Below, piece after piece: positions 49,564 to 57,948 of a DNA stretch of 64,000 nt. The stretch spans positions 39,995 through 103,994 of the forward strand of contig JBDHDE010000002.1 of assembly GCA_039591655.1 (NCBI GenBank), written 5' to 3'. Position numbers and translations under genes: made by a program. Within the stretch, counting starts at the first letter, position 1. Each line of letters begins with the position of its first letter. Under the pieces are notes generated by a model. The model saw only the letters and a list, made by a program, of their open reading frames with translations, was not told the DNA's origin and did not search any database. This stretch comes from Gemmatimonadota bacterium (lineage in GTDB: Bacteria; Gemmatimonadota; Gemmatimonadetes; Gemmatimonadales; GWC2-71-9).

Positions 49564-50456
49564 CGGCGGAGCCGTCGGGCGCGCTCGGCGAACGCGCGGT
49601 GCAGCGCCTCGGCGTAGGGCTGGTCGGTGAGCAGCGCGATGTGGTCCACCTGCACCTGCTTGAGGGCCCGGGCCCGGTCGAGTCGCGCCTTCTCCGCGGC
49701 CATGGCCAAGGCCAGACGAGTGGGCCCGTGGGAGGTGTCCACCAGCACCTGCTCCCCCGACTCCGCGTCCTGTAGCTCGATCCAGCCGGCCTCGGGGAGC
49801 GCGAACTCCCGCGGATCGTCCACCGTGATGGCCACGACCTCATGGCGCCGGGAGAGGCGGCCCAGGGGCTCCTCCCAACCCGGTGCGCGGAAGTCCGACA
49901 GGACCACGACGATGGAGCCATGGCGCAGCAGCCGCGATGCATAGGCCAGAGCCGCCGCGATGTTGGTGTGCGGGTCCTGCGGTCGAAAGGCGAGGAGATC
50001 CCGGATGATACGGAGGGCGTGCAGCCGTCCCTTTCGTGGCGGGACCACGTGGTCGATGCCGCCGGAGAAGATGAGCGCTCCAACTCGGTCCTTCTGGCGC
50101 GCCGCCGCCAAGGCGAGCACCGCGGCGACCTCCACCCCCAACTCGGCCTTGGCCACCGGGGAGCCGAACTCCTCGGACCCCGAGCGATCGACGATGAGAA
50201 GCACGGTGAGCTCGCGCTCCTCCATGAAGACCTTCACATAGGGTGAGCCGATGCGGGCAGACACGTTCCAGTCGATCGACCGGTAGTCGTCACCCTGCTG
50301 GTAGGCCCGCACCTCGGCGAACTCCATGCCGTGGCCGCGGAAGACCGAGCGATATTCTCCGGAGAAGAGCGTGTTGACGAGCCGGCGCGTGCGCAGCTCG
50401 ATCGTTTTCACCTGCCGCAGTACGTCGGCCCCGACGACGCGGGACGGGTGGGTCAC
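49560..50456 (-). CDS. DUF58 (VWA-like) MoxR partner
   Basis: SVFRGHGMEFAEVRAYQQGDD, IDWNVSAR, EERE, DRSGS, LSDF. Confidence 0.92.
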   Translation of the reverse strand: MTHPSRVVGADVLRQVKTIELRTRRLVNTLFSGEYRSVFRGHGMEFAEVRAYQQGDDYRSIDWNVSARIGSPYVKVFMEERELTVLLIVDRSGSEEFGSPVAKAELGVEVAAVLALAAARQKDRVGALIFSGGIDHVVPPRKGRLHALRIIRDLLAFRPQDPHTNIAAALAYASRLLRHGSIVVVLSDFRAPGWEEPLGRLSRRHEVVAITVDDPREFALPEAGWIELQDAESGEQVLVDTSHGPTRLALAMAAEKARLDRARALKQVQVDHIALLTDQPYAEALHRAFAERARRLRR

Positions 50457-51427
50457 GGTACGTCCACGGCCTCCAGGATCTTGGCGATCACTCCGTCCGA
50501 CGAGACGTCTTCAGCCTCGGCCTCGAACGTGAGTAGCACGCGATGCCGCAACACGTCGGGAGCCATCGCCTTGACGTCCTCAGGAACGACGTACGCCCGA
50601 CCGCGCAGGAAGGCGTGGGCGCGGGCGGCCTGTGCCAGATAGATCGACGCGCGTGGGCTGGCCCCGTAGGCTATGAGAGGCCGCACATCGTGGAGGCCGA
50701 CGACCTGCGGTTCCCGCGTCGCCCTGACGACGTCCACAATGTAGTCCACGATCTTCTGGTCCATGTACAGCTCGGCGATCGTGCGCCGAATCGTGAGGAT
50801 GTCCTCAGGCCCGGCCACGCGTCCCACCGCGATCTCCTGCCCGCCGGCCATCCTCCATAGGATCTCCTTCTCGTCATCCCGGCCAGGATAGCCCACGAAC
50901 ACCTTCAACATGAAGCGATCGAGCTGCGCCTCGGGCAGCGGATACGTGCCCTCCTGCTCGATGGGGTTCTGGGTGGCGAGCACCAGAAACGGCTCGTCCA
51001 GGGCGTGGGTCTCGCTCCCGATGGTAACCTGCTTTTCCTGCATCGCCTCCAACAGAGCGGCCTGGACCTTCGCCGGCGCGCGGTTGATCTCGTCGGCCAG
51101 GATGATGTTGGCGAACAGCGGGCCGCGCTTGGGCCGGAACTCCCCGGTTCGCTGGTCGAAGACCATGGTGCCGATGATGTCTGCGGGAAGCAGGTCGGGG
51201 GTGAACTGAATCCGCTGGAAGCTCGTGCGGATCACCTCGGCGAGCGTGCGCACGGCCAGGGTCTTGGCCAGTCCCGGAACGCCTTCCAGCAGGATATGGC
51301 CCCCGGTGAGAAGACCGACCAGCAGCCGCTCCAACATCGCGTCCTGACCAACGACGCGCTTGCGGACCTCCTCGACCACGGCCGTCGTGACCGCGATTTC
51401 CGGGGCCTTCACGGCCCGCGAGGTCAC
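50453..51427 (-). CDS. moxR: MoxR-proper AAA+ ATPase
   Basis: GVPGLAKT (Walker A), RIQFTPDLLP, ADEINRA (Walker B), ATQNPIEQEGTYPLPEAQLDRF, GASPR. Confidence 0.96.
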   Translation of the reverse strand: MTSRAVKAPEIAVTTAVVEEVRKRVVGQDAMLERLLVGLLTGGHILLEGVPGLAKTLAVRTLAEVIRTSFQRIQFTPDLLPADIIGTMVFDQRTGEFRPKRGPLFANIILADEINRAPAKVQAALLEAMQEKQVTIGSETHALDEPFLVLATQNPIEQEGTYPLPEAQLDRFMLKVFVGYPGRDDEKEILWRMAGGQEIAVGRVAGPEDILTIRRTIAELYMDQKIVDYIVDVVRATREPQVVGLHDVRPLIAYGASPRASIYLAQAARAHAFLRGRAYVVPEDVKAMAPDVLRHRVLLTFEAEAEDVSSDGVIAKILEAVDVP

Positions 51428-53133
51428 CCCAGAGCCCTCGTCGCGGCGTTGCGTACCACGGCATCCCCGTCCTGCGCCAGCGCCATCAAGGCCCGCTGGG
51501 CCTCAGGCGTTCCGAGGGCGCCCAGGGCCTCGGTGGCAGCGGCGCGCACCCGCGGGTTGTGCCGTGGTTCCGGAACGCCCGGCTCCCCGTATGTGGTGAG
51601 GCAGCGAACCGTCGTGTCGTCCCCCAGCCGCCCCAGCGCCCAGAGGAGCTTCAAGCGCACATCCTCATCCCGCTCCACGCCCAGGCGTGCCACAATCAGC
51701 GGGGAGACGGCTGGATCGTTGCCGGCCACGAGGGCGCGGGCGGCACTGGCCCGCACCTCCGGCTCCGCATCCTTCAGCAGCAGCAACGCCATCTGGACGA
51801 TCTTGCGGCCTCCGATCTCGGCCATCGCTGCCGCTGCGTGCTCCCGGACCACGGCCGAGGGGTGGCGGGCACACTCCATGAGGGAGAACCGCGCCGCCAT
51901 GCCACCGACGGCACCCAGCAAGTCGACAGCCGCCACGATCACGTCGGGTCCCTCGCCCGACAGTCGGCGCCTGAGGGCGTGGGCCACACGCTCGCCGGCA
52001 CCCCGCAGGGCCTCCCGGTAGGCGGCACGCGTCTGCGGCGCGGCTCCCAGATAGGCATCCACCACGAACGGGCCGGCCCGCTCGCCGACCGCCGACACCG
52101 CCCGGATCAGTGCCTGCCGTTCATCCCGGGAGATCTCCGGGTCACCGATCCGCTGCACCATCCACACGAGGAGGGTGTCGTCCACCAGACGCGAGATCAC
52201 ATCGGTGGCCTGCATGCTGAGCTCGGGCTCGACGCGCTCGGAAGCCACGCGCTCCAACACGGCGACTACCTCGGCTAGGAAATGGGGCTGCCTGAGCGAG
52301 GCGAGCTCCGGGGCCAGCTCGGCGAGGCGCCGCAGGTTCCCCAATCTGGGCGCCGGGTCGGCACCCGGCATGAAATTGGACAGGAGGCGGCGCGCCTCGA
52401 TGTCCGGAGGGAGCGCCTCGGGACGGAACACCCCCGTGGAGCGCCACGAGAAGGGGGTGTCGCCTGCCTCCGGAACGGCCGTCGACTGCCTCGGCGCGGC
52501 GGACCGTTTGGTGCTCAACACCACCACGTCCCCGAGACCCTGATCGCCCAGCGGCAGTTCCCCCCGCGCCACCCGCAGCATGACACTGAGGTGCGCGGCG
52601 GTCGCTCCCGGCTGGACAACCAGGGTGCGCACCCCGCGCGTATGTAGCCGACGGGACAGCTCCACGAGGGCCGGGTTTCTTGGCAGCACCGGGGCTGCGT
52701 TCCAGGTGAGGCCCTTCAACCCAACCTTACACTCCACTGCTCCCCCGGCCACCATGTTGGGTAGCGTCGCCGAGACGACCTGGGTCGCCTCAGCCAGGGC
52801 GGGGTGGGTAGGCGGGTACAGGCGGGAGAGGTGGAAGACCTTGGCGACGGCCGAGAACGCGCACTCGACCCGCTGGATCGTGACGTCCGTCCCGCCGCGG
52901 CGCCGGTCGACGGTGCGCCGCTCGGCACGGCGGCGGCGATCCCGCCCAGTGCGGCGCAGGCGGCTGCGCCGGTCGGCCCCGCGCCGCCGCTCGCGGGCGA
53001 TGGGCAGCCGGGCAATCCGGCGCTCGTTGTGACGACGGTCCTGGCCCGAGCGGCGATCCCACCCGGAGCGACGCTCAACTATGACACGTCTATCGTTGGT
53101 GCGCGGCTGGAAACCCACAGCTTCAGTCATCAT
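51424..53133 (-). CDS. HEAT-repeat protein with N-terminal [DE]RR repeat tract
   Basis: 10 [DE]RR motifs in the first ~80 aa, LYPPTHP domain, C-terminal VRxxAAxAL HEAT repeats; GAGG SD 8 nt before ATG 53133; GTGA overlap with moxR. Confidence 0.85.
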   Translation of the reverse strand: MMTEAVGFQPRTNDRRVIVERRSGWDRRSGQDRRHNERRIARLPIARERRRGADRRSRLRRTGRDRRRRAERRTVDRRRGGTDVTIQRVECAFSAVAKVFHLSRLYPPTHPALAEATQVVSATLPNMVAGGAVECKVGLKGLTWNAAPVLPRNPALVELSRRLHTRGVRTLVVQPGATAAHLSVMLRVARGELPLGDQGLGDVVVLSTKRSAAPRQSTAVPEAGDTPFSWRSTGVFRPEALPPDIEARRLLSNFMPGADPAPRLGNLRRLAELAPELASLRQPHFLAEVVAVLERVASERVEPELSMQATDVISRLVDDTLLVWMVQRIGDPEISRDERQALIRAVSAVGERAGPFVVDAYLGAAPQTRAAYREALRGAGERVAHALRRRLSGEGPDVIVAAVDLLGAVGGMAARFSLMECARHPSAVVREHAAAAMAEIGGRKIVQMALLLLKDAEPEVRASAARALVAGNDPAVSPLIVARLGVERDEDVRLKLLWALGRLGDDTTVRCLTTYGEPGVPEPRHNPRVRAAATEALGALGTPEAQRALMALAQDGDAVVRNAATRALG

Positions 53134-53188
53134 CGACACGACCTCTGTGCTCGCGTGACACTGTCGAATTCGCTGTGGCGGTCATAGG

Positions 53189-53204
53189 GCAAGGAGCGTG
53201 CCGG
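53189..53204 (-). promoter_or_regulatory. sigma54 (-24/-12) promoter
   Basis: Minus strand CCGGCACGCTCCTTGC matches YTGGCACGnnnnTTGC with exact GG-N10-GC spacing; intergenic and oriented toward the HEAT gene. Confidence 0.7.
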
Positions 53205-53216
53205 GCATGGATTCCC

Positions 53217-54851
53217 CTAGCGCTTGATGCGCTCTCCACCTTCTTCGTTGCGGAAGATCCACGTGGCGAACCGGGGCGGCGCAATGGGGTCGGCGGCCTC
53301 GATCGCTCCCCACTCTACGCTGCTGTCCGATTCCGCACCGCGGTGGGCGGCCTGATCTGCCATGCGCTGCGCCCGGGCGATCCATACCTTGCAGTTCTCC
53401 GGGCGCACGTCCACCCACCCCCTGGCCACCGCCTGCTCCACGTCGTCATCCACCGGCTGAATGATGACGAGCTCTCCCCTATAAACCTTCCCGTCCGGCA
53501 CCACGATCGGAAGACCCACCGAGAGGATCGTCGCCCGGAGCTCCCCATCGCCGGCCACGAGCCGCACCGCCTCGGCCGACAGGGTCGCCGGGTCGCTCTC
53601 GGCCAGCTCGGCCACCGAGTCCCGGAGCCGCGACAGAATGAACGCCTCGTACAACGCCTTGGTAAGCCGCGGCGGTCCCAACATCTCAAAGGCGACGGAG
53701 CGGACGCCGTGCTCCCGCTCCAGGGCCGTGAGTCGCTCGATGGCGTGGGCCCGGAGGATCCCAGCCTGGTAGGTCGGCCCGGCGGTGGACGCGTCGAGCG
53801 CCGTCATGATGTCCCGGCCCGTGGGATGGCCCTGCAACTCGGACACGACGTAGGCCGCCACCTCCTCGGGCGTGATGAACTCCATCTGCCTGAGAGCCGT
53901 CACCGTCTCGAACTCGTCCCGCGCGAACAGGCCGTTCTCGCCACAGTCGGCCCACACCGACTCCAGGATCGATCCGGTATCCACCCAGCCCGAGGCGTTC
54001 GGCCCGAAGGCCTGGGCAACGGCCAGGGGTGCCGGACAATCCACCTTCTGGAGGGGTTTGCCCTTACGTCGGACCGGGCCGTGCGCGATCTGCCCCCAGG
54101 CAATCGCCGTCGTGGGCTTGATCTCTGTGGTAGCCGGGGCCCCCGGGGTGCGCGCCATGAGCCACAACAGGAGCGAGTGCGCGCCGGCCACCGCGGACTT
54201 GGTGAGCAGGGTACGAGAGGGCCGCTCTTCGGAGTGGGTGTAGGGAATGTTCAGACCCATCCCTCCCGTCCCACTCGTCCCGATCTTGACATATGCCTCC
54301 GTGCCAAAAGACCGAACGCACTCCAACATGATCTGCACGTGCCGGATGAGCTGCGGCATCGGGATCGAGAGCACATGCTCCTCTACCTGGTCCCTGGTGA
54401 CCGCTCCGGTCTGCGCCGCGGCGAGCAGATCACGTGCCGAGTGGAACACGTCCTGATACGCGAACGCCGTGGCGGTGTTGATGCAGTCGACCACGGCGTC
54501 GGGCTCGTAGCGCTTGAACAGCCGAAACAGGAAGCCCCGCTCCACCACCTCCTTGGTCAACTCGCCCAGGATGTCACCGAGCACCAGCTGACGGTGCGCC
54601 GGATCAGCCAGCAGCTCGCCACGGTCCAGCTTGGCCACCGTCGTCGGCACGAACACGTTGCCCCATTCGGTGACGATCTCGGTCCCGCCGGCGTGGGGAG
54701 CCAACCACAGGGCACCCTCCTCCACCTCGTCCTCGTACAAAGCCACCAGTACGATCCTTCTGGGTTGGAGCTCGAGGAGCCTCCGGGCCACCGCACGGCC
54801 CACCAACCCGCTGCCACCCAGAATGAGTATCGTCTTGCCCTTGAGTTCCAT
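53217..54851 (-). CDS. uncharacterised extended Rossmann-fold (SDR-like) protein
   Basis: ILILGGSGLVG nucleotide-binding loop; 544 aa; no canonical YxxxK recognised. Confidence 0.75.
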   Translation of the reverse strand: MELKGKTILILGGSGLVGRAVARRLLELQPRRIVLVALYEDEVEEGALWLAPHAGGTEIVTEWGNVFVPTTVAKLDRGELLADPAHRQLVLGDILGELTKEVVERGFLFRLFKRYEPDAVVDCINTATAFAYQDVFHSARDLLAAAQTGAVTRDQVEEHVLSIPMPQLIRHVQIMLECVRSFGTEAYVKIGTSGTGGMGLNIPYTHSEERPSRTLLTKSAVAGAHSLLLWLMARTPGAPATTEIKPTTAIAWGQIAHGPVRRKGKPLQKVDCPAPLAVAQAFGPNASGWVDTGSILESVWADCGENGLFARDEFETVTALRQMEFITPEEVAAYVVSELQGHPTGRDIMTALDASTAGPTYQAGILRAHAIERLTALEREHGVRSVAFEMLGPPRLTKALYEAFILSRLRDSVAELAESDPATLSAEAVRLVAGDGELRATILSVGLPIVVPDGKVYRGELVIIQPVDDDVEQAVARGWVDVRPENCKVWIARAQRMADQAAHRGAESDSSVEWGAIEAADPIAPPRFATWIFRNEEGGERIKR

Positions 54852-54865
54852 CGCCGATTCCCGTT

Positions 54866-55582
54866 TCAGGCGGCGCGCAGCGCGCGCAGCGCCTCCCGTT
54901 CACGTTTCGACAGATAGCGCCACTTGCCCGGCGCCAGATTCCCCAACTTCACCGGCCCGTGGCTCGTCCGGATGAGACGCTCGACCTTGAGCCCGAGTCG
55001 GCGGCACAAGCGCCGCACGATGCGGTAGCGCCCCTCCGCCAGTACCAGCGTCACCTCGCTGGAGCCACGCGCCGCGCCGCGCACCCGCGCCGAAACCAGT
55101 CGCAGCGGCCGCCCGTCGATGACGATCGTCCGGCCGAGCCTCCGTCGAATCTCGTCTGCCGGACGCCCGTGCACCAGCGCGCGGTACGTCCGCTCCACCG
55201 CATAGCGCGGATGCATGAGCGTGTGGGCGGCCGCGCCGTCCGTGGTGAGGAGCAACAGGCCCGCGGTTGCCACGTCTAGCCGGCCGACGTAGGTGAGACC
55301 CGGCACGGTGGGCAGCAATTCGAAGACCGTACGCCGGCCCCGCGGATCGCTCTTGGTGACCACGTAACCCACCGGCTTGTTCAGGGCCAACCACGCGGTC
55401 TTCGCGGGCTGCACCCTCTGACCCGCCACCGTGATCACGTCGGCCGCCGGATCCACGCTCGCCCCGATCTGTGCAATCCGACCGTTGACCCGCACGCGGC
55501 CGGCCCTGATCAGCTCCTCTGCCCGACGGCGCGACGCCACGCCGGCACGCGCCAGGGCGCGCTGCAGGCGCATGGTCGTCAT
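54866..55582 (-). CDS. rluB: rRNA pseudouridine synthase (RsuA/RluB family)
   Basis: S4 domain RLQRALARAGVASRR, LNKPVGY, VGRLD, EGR; follows scpB. Confidence 0.88.
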   Translation of the reverse strand: MTTMRLQRALARAGVASRRRAEELIRAGRVRVNGRIAQIGASVDPAADVITVAGQRVQPAKTAWLALNKPVGYVVTKSDPRGRRTVFELLPTVPGLTYVGRLDVATAGLLLLTTDGAAAHTLMHPRYAVERTYRALVHGRPADEIRRRLGRTIVIDGRPLRLVSARVRGAARGSSEVTLVLAEGRYRIVRRLCRRLGLKVERLIRTSHGPVKLGNLAPGKWRYLSKREREALRALRAA

Positions 55583-56136
55583 GGTTCGCCCAGCTCGCCT
55601 GCCTCCGTCGGCGGCCGCAGCGCGACGGACAGCTCCTCCAGCCGTGGCAGCTCTTCCAGCGTACGCACCCCCAGTAGCTCCAGCAGCGCTGGAGTGGTCC
55701 CGTAGAGCAGCGGACGGCCCAGACCATCCGCCCGCCCCACGACCTCGACCACACCTCGCTCCTGCAGCGACCTGAGTACCCCTTCCACCGAGACCCCGCG
55801 GATGTCCTCAATCTGCGCGCGGCTCACAGGCTGCCTGTAGGCGATGACCGCAAGCGTCTCCAGCGCCGCGCGCGACAGCTTGCGGGGGCGCGCCACGATA
55901 CGCGCCTCGGCAATGGCCTCGGCAAGGTGGCGCCGCGAGACGACCTGGTACCCGTCTCCCACCTCGATCAGCTCGACACCGTGGCCCCCGACCTCGTAGT
56001 GCTCACGCAGCTCCTCCAGCCGTGCCTGCAACTCCTCGTCGGAGCCCTCCGGCAACAGGCGCCGCAGCTCATCTACGGTGAGCGGATGGTCTGCCGAGAA
56101 GAGGGCAGCCTCAAGCAGTTGCGAGATCGCGTTCAC
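55579..56136 (-). CDS. scpB: SMC-Scp complex subunit ScpB
   Basis: LEAALF, LSRAALETLAVIAYRQPVSR..IE.IRGV, GRPLLYGTT. Confidence 0.95.
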   Translation of the reverse strand: MNAISQLLEAALFSADHPLTVDELRRLLPEGSDEELQARLEELREHYEVGGHGVELIEVGDGYQVVSRRHLAEAIAEARIVARPRKLSRAALETLAVIAYRQPVSRAQIEDIRGVSVEGVLRSLQERGVVEVVGRADGLGRPLLYGTTPALLELLGVRTLEELPRLEELSVALRPPTEAGELGEP

Positions 56137-56848
56137 GCTTGATCCTCAGCGAGCCGAAAGCCTTTCGTTGAGCGATTCGAATGCGGCCCAGCCGTGCCAA
56201 CTCCAGGAGGGCCAGGAGCGCCGAGAGCACGTCCACGATGCCGCGCGCCTCACCGATGGCATCCAGCAAGCTCAGCTCCTCGCGAGTCTCCAGGAGCCCC
56301 AGAATGCGCTGCGTCGCACCCTCCACGTCCAGGGGACGCGGCACCACCCGATGGAGCATCGGCTCGGGCATCGCCTCGACCATCTGCTCCACCGCCACCA
56401 GGAGCTCCTCCACCGATACCGCGATGGGCCGGGGGGGAAGCTGCGGAGGCTCGGGCACCCATCCGCGAGTGAACCGCCCGGAGTGCTCGCTCGCCTGTTG
56501 CGACAGCCAATCGGCCACTTCCCGGATCTGCTCGTACTCCAGCAGGCGTCGCACGAGCTCGGCCCGCGGGTCCTCCCACGCCTCGTCATCGAAGGGCTGC
56601 GGCAACAGCATCTGGATCTTGATACGCAGGAGCTGCGCCGCCATCTCGAGGTAGTCCGCTGCCTCGTTGAGTTCCAGCACCTGAATCGCCTCGAGGAACT
56701 GATCGGCGATCCGTGCGATGGGAATGTCGGCGATGTCGATCTCCTGCTCCCGAATCAGGTGCAGCAGGAGGTCCAGCGGCCCCGAGAAGGCCTCGAGCCG
56801 GACCACAAAAGGGGTCTCGTTCGTCGTCGTGATGGACGTCGCCGTCAT
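56111..56848 (-). CDS. scpA: segregation/condensation protein ScpA (kleisin)
   Basis: FSGPLDLLLHLI, YLEMAA.LL.IK..MLLP, DPRAELVRRLLEY, LALLELAR. Confidence 0.95.
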   Translation of the reverse strand: MTATSITTTNETPFVVRLEAFSGPLDLLLHLIREQEIDIADIPIARIADQFLEAIQVLELNEAADYLEMAAQLLRIKIQMLLPQPFDDEAWEDPRAELVRRLLEYEQIREVADWLSQQASEHSGRFTRGWVPEPPQLPPRPIAVSVEELLVAVEQMVEAMPEPMLHRVVPRPLDVEGATQRILGLLETREELSLLDAIGEARGIVDVLSALLALLELARLGRIRIAQRKAFGSLRIKRERDLATA

Positions 56849-57531
56849 AGCTGGCACAAGGGGAACGGCTGCAACGTGTACGGGCCAGCCAGATCACAGG
56901 CCACTCCGTGGAGGGCAAACGCTGGAGCCAGCAGACCGTACAGCACGTCAGGCGCGATCAGTACCACCAACATCAGTACCCACACGCCGTGACGAGCCAC
57001 GGTACGGTAGCGCATCGCCCACTGCCGGGGAAGTGCGTGGTACAAGAGGCGCGAGCCGTCAAGCGGCGGAATGGGAATCAGGTTGAAGAACGCCAACAGC
57101 AGGTTGAGCCACACCCCCCACCAGCACAGCAGCTGTGCTACGGCAAGCGCGCTCCCCACCGTCGGGGCGGCGGCGCCCAACACTCCCAGAACGATACCCA
57201 GGACCAGAGAGGTCACCGCCAGCCCCACATTGACCACGATGCCCGCCGACGAGACGATCAGGTCGCCCCGGCGGTACTGCCGGTAGTTGCGCGGGTTCAC
57301 CGGGACCGGCTTGGCGCCTCCGAACACCACACGCCCTCCCGACGCCACCAGCACCAGCAGCGGCATCAACACGGTGAAGAACGGATCGATGTGCTTGAGG
57401 GGATTCAAGGTCAACCGACCCATGGCCTTGGCCGTCGGATCACCCTGTTTCAGCGCTGCATACCCGTGCGCGTACTCGTGCGCCACCATGGAGAAGAGGA
57501 GCACGGGAAGTGCGATCAGGAGTTCGTTCAC
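56845..57531 (-). CDS. site-2 protease (M50) family
   Basis: HEYAHG, GDPTAK.MGRLTLNP, AKPVPVNP, FNLIPIPPLDG. Confidence 0.93.
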   Translation of the reverse strand: MNELLIALPVLLFSMVAHEYAHGYAALKQGDPTAKAMGRLTLNPLKHIDPFFTVLMPLLVLVASGGRVVFGGAKPVPVNPRNYRQYRRGDLIVSSAGIVVNVGLAVTSLVLGIVLGVLGAAAPTVGSALAVAQLLCWWGVWLNLLLAFFNLIPIPPLDGSRLLYHALPRQWAMRYRTVARHGVWVLMLVVLIAPDVLYGLLAPAFALHGVACDLAGPYTLQPFPLCQL

Positions 57532-57564
57532 TTGGGGGTGAGTTCCGTAGGTCGGTGCGGCAGA

Positions 57565-57593
57565 AAGCTAACGGCGCCCCTGCCACGTGTCAA
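57565..57593 (-). promoter_or_regulatory. sigma70-type promoter of S2P-scpA-scpB-rluB
   Basis: TTGACA-N17-TAGCTT. Confidence 0.75.
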
Positions 57594-57605
57594 AGGCGTA
57601 GCGCC

Positions 57606-57634
57606 TTGACTGGCAGAGACTTGCACGATAGTAT
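57606..57634 (+). promoter_or_regulatory. sigma70-type promoter of rpsT
   Basis: TTGACT-N17-TAGTAT; back-to-back with the S2P promoter. Confidence 0.75.
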
Positions 57635-57684
57635 TCCGGCTCGGTTTTGGGGCCGACGGCCCCGGTTTCACGCAAGGAGTTGTG

Positions 57685-57948
57685 GTGCCGACCATTCAGT
57701 CAGCCAAGAAGCGCATGCGGCAAGCCGAGCGCCACCGCGCCCGCAACCGCCAACACCGAAGCGCCGTGCGCACGGCGATCAAGAAGGTGCGGCAGGCCGC
57801 CACCGCAGAGGAGGCCGCCTCCGCCTACCGCGATGCCGAGCAGCTGCTCGACCGCGCCGCCCGCAAGAACCTGGTGCACAAGAACAACGCGGCGCGTCAC
57901 AAGCGCCGCTTACAGAAGCTCGTCGCTGGAAAGGGCGGGAAGAAGTAG
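57685..57948 (+). CDS. rpsT: 30S ribosomal protein S20
   Basis: P.IQSAKKRMRQ, RTAIKK, LDRAARKNLVHKNNAARHK; AAGGAG SD. Confidence 0.97.
   Translation: MPTIQSAKKRMRQAERHRARNRQHRSAVRTAIKKVRQAATAEEAASAYRDAEQLLDRAARKNLVHKNNAARHKRRLQKLVAGKGGKK

Noticed and set aside
55579-56848. scpA/scpB without smc
   Set aside because: smc is commonly encoded separately; not unusual
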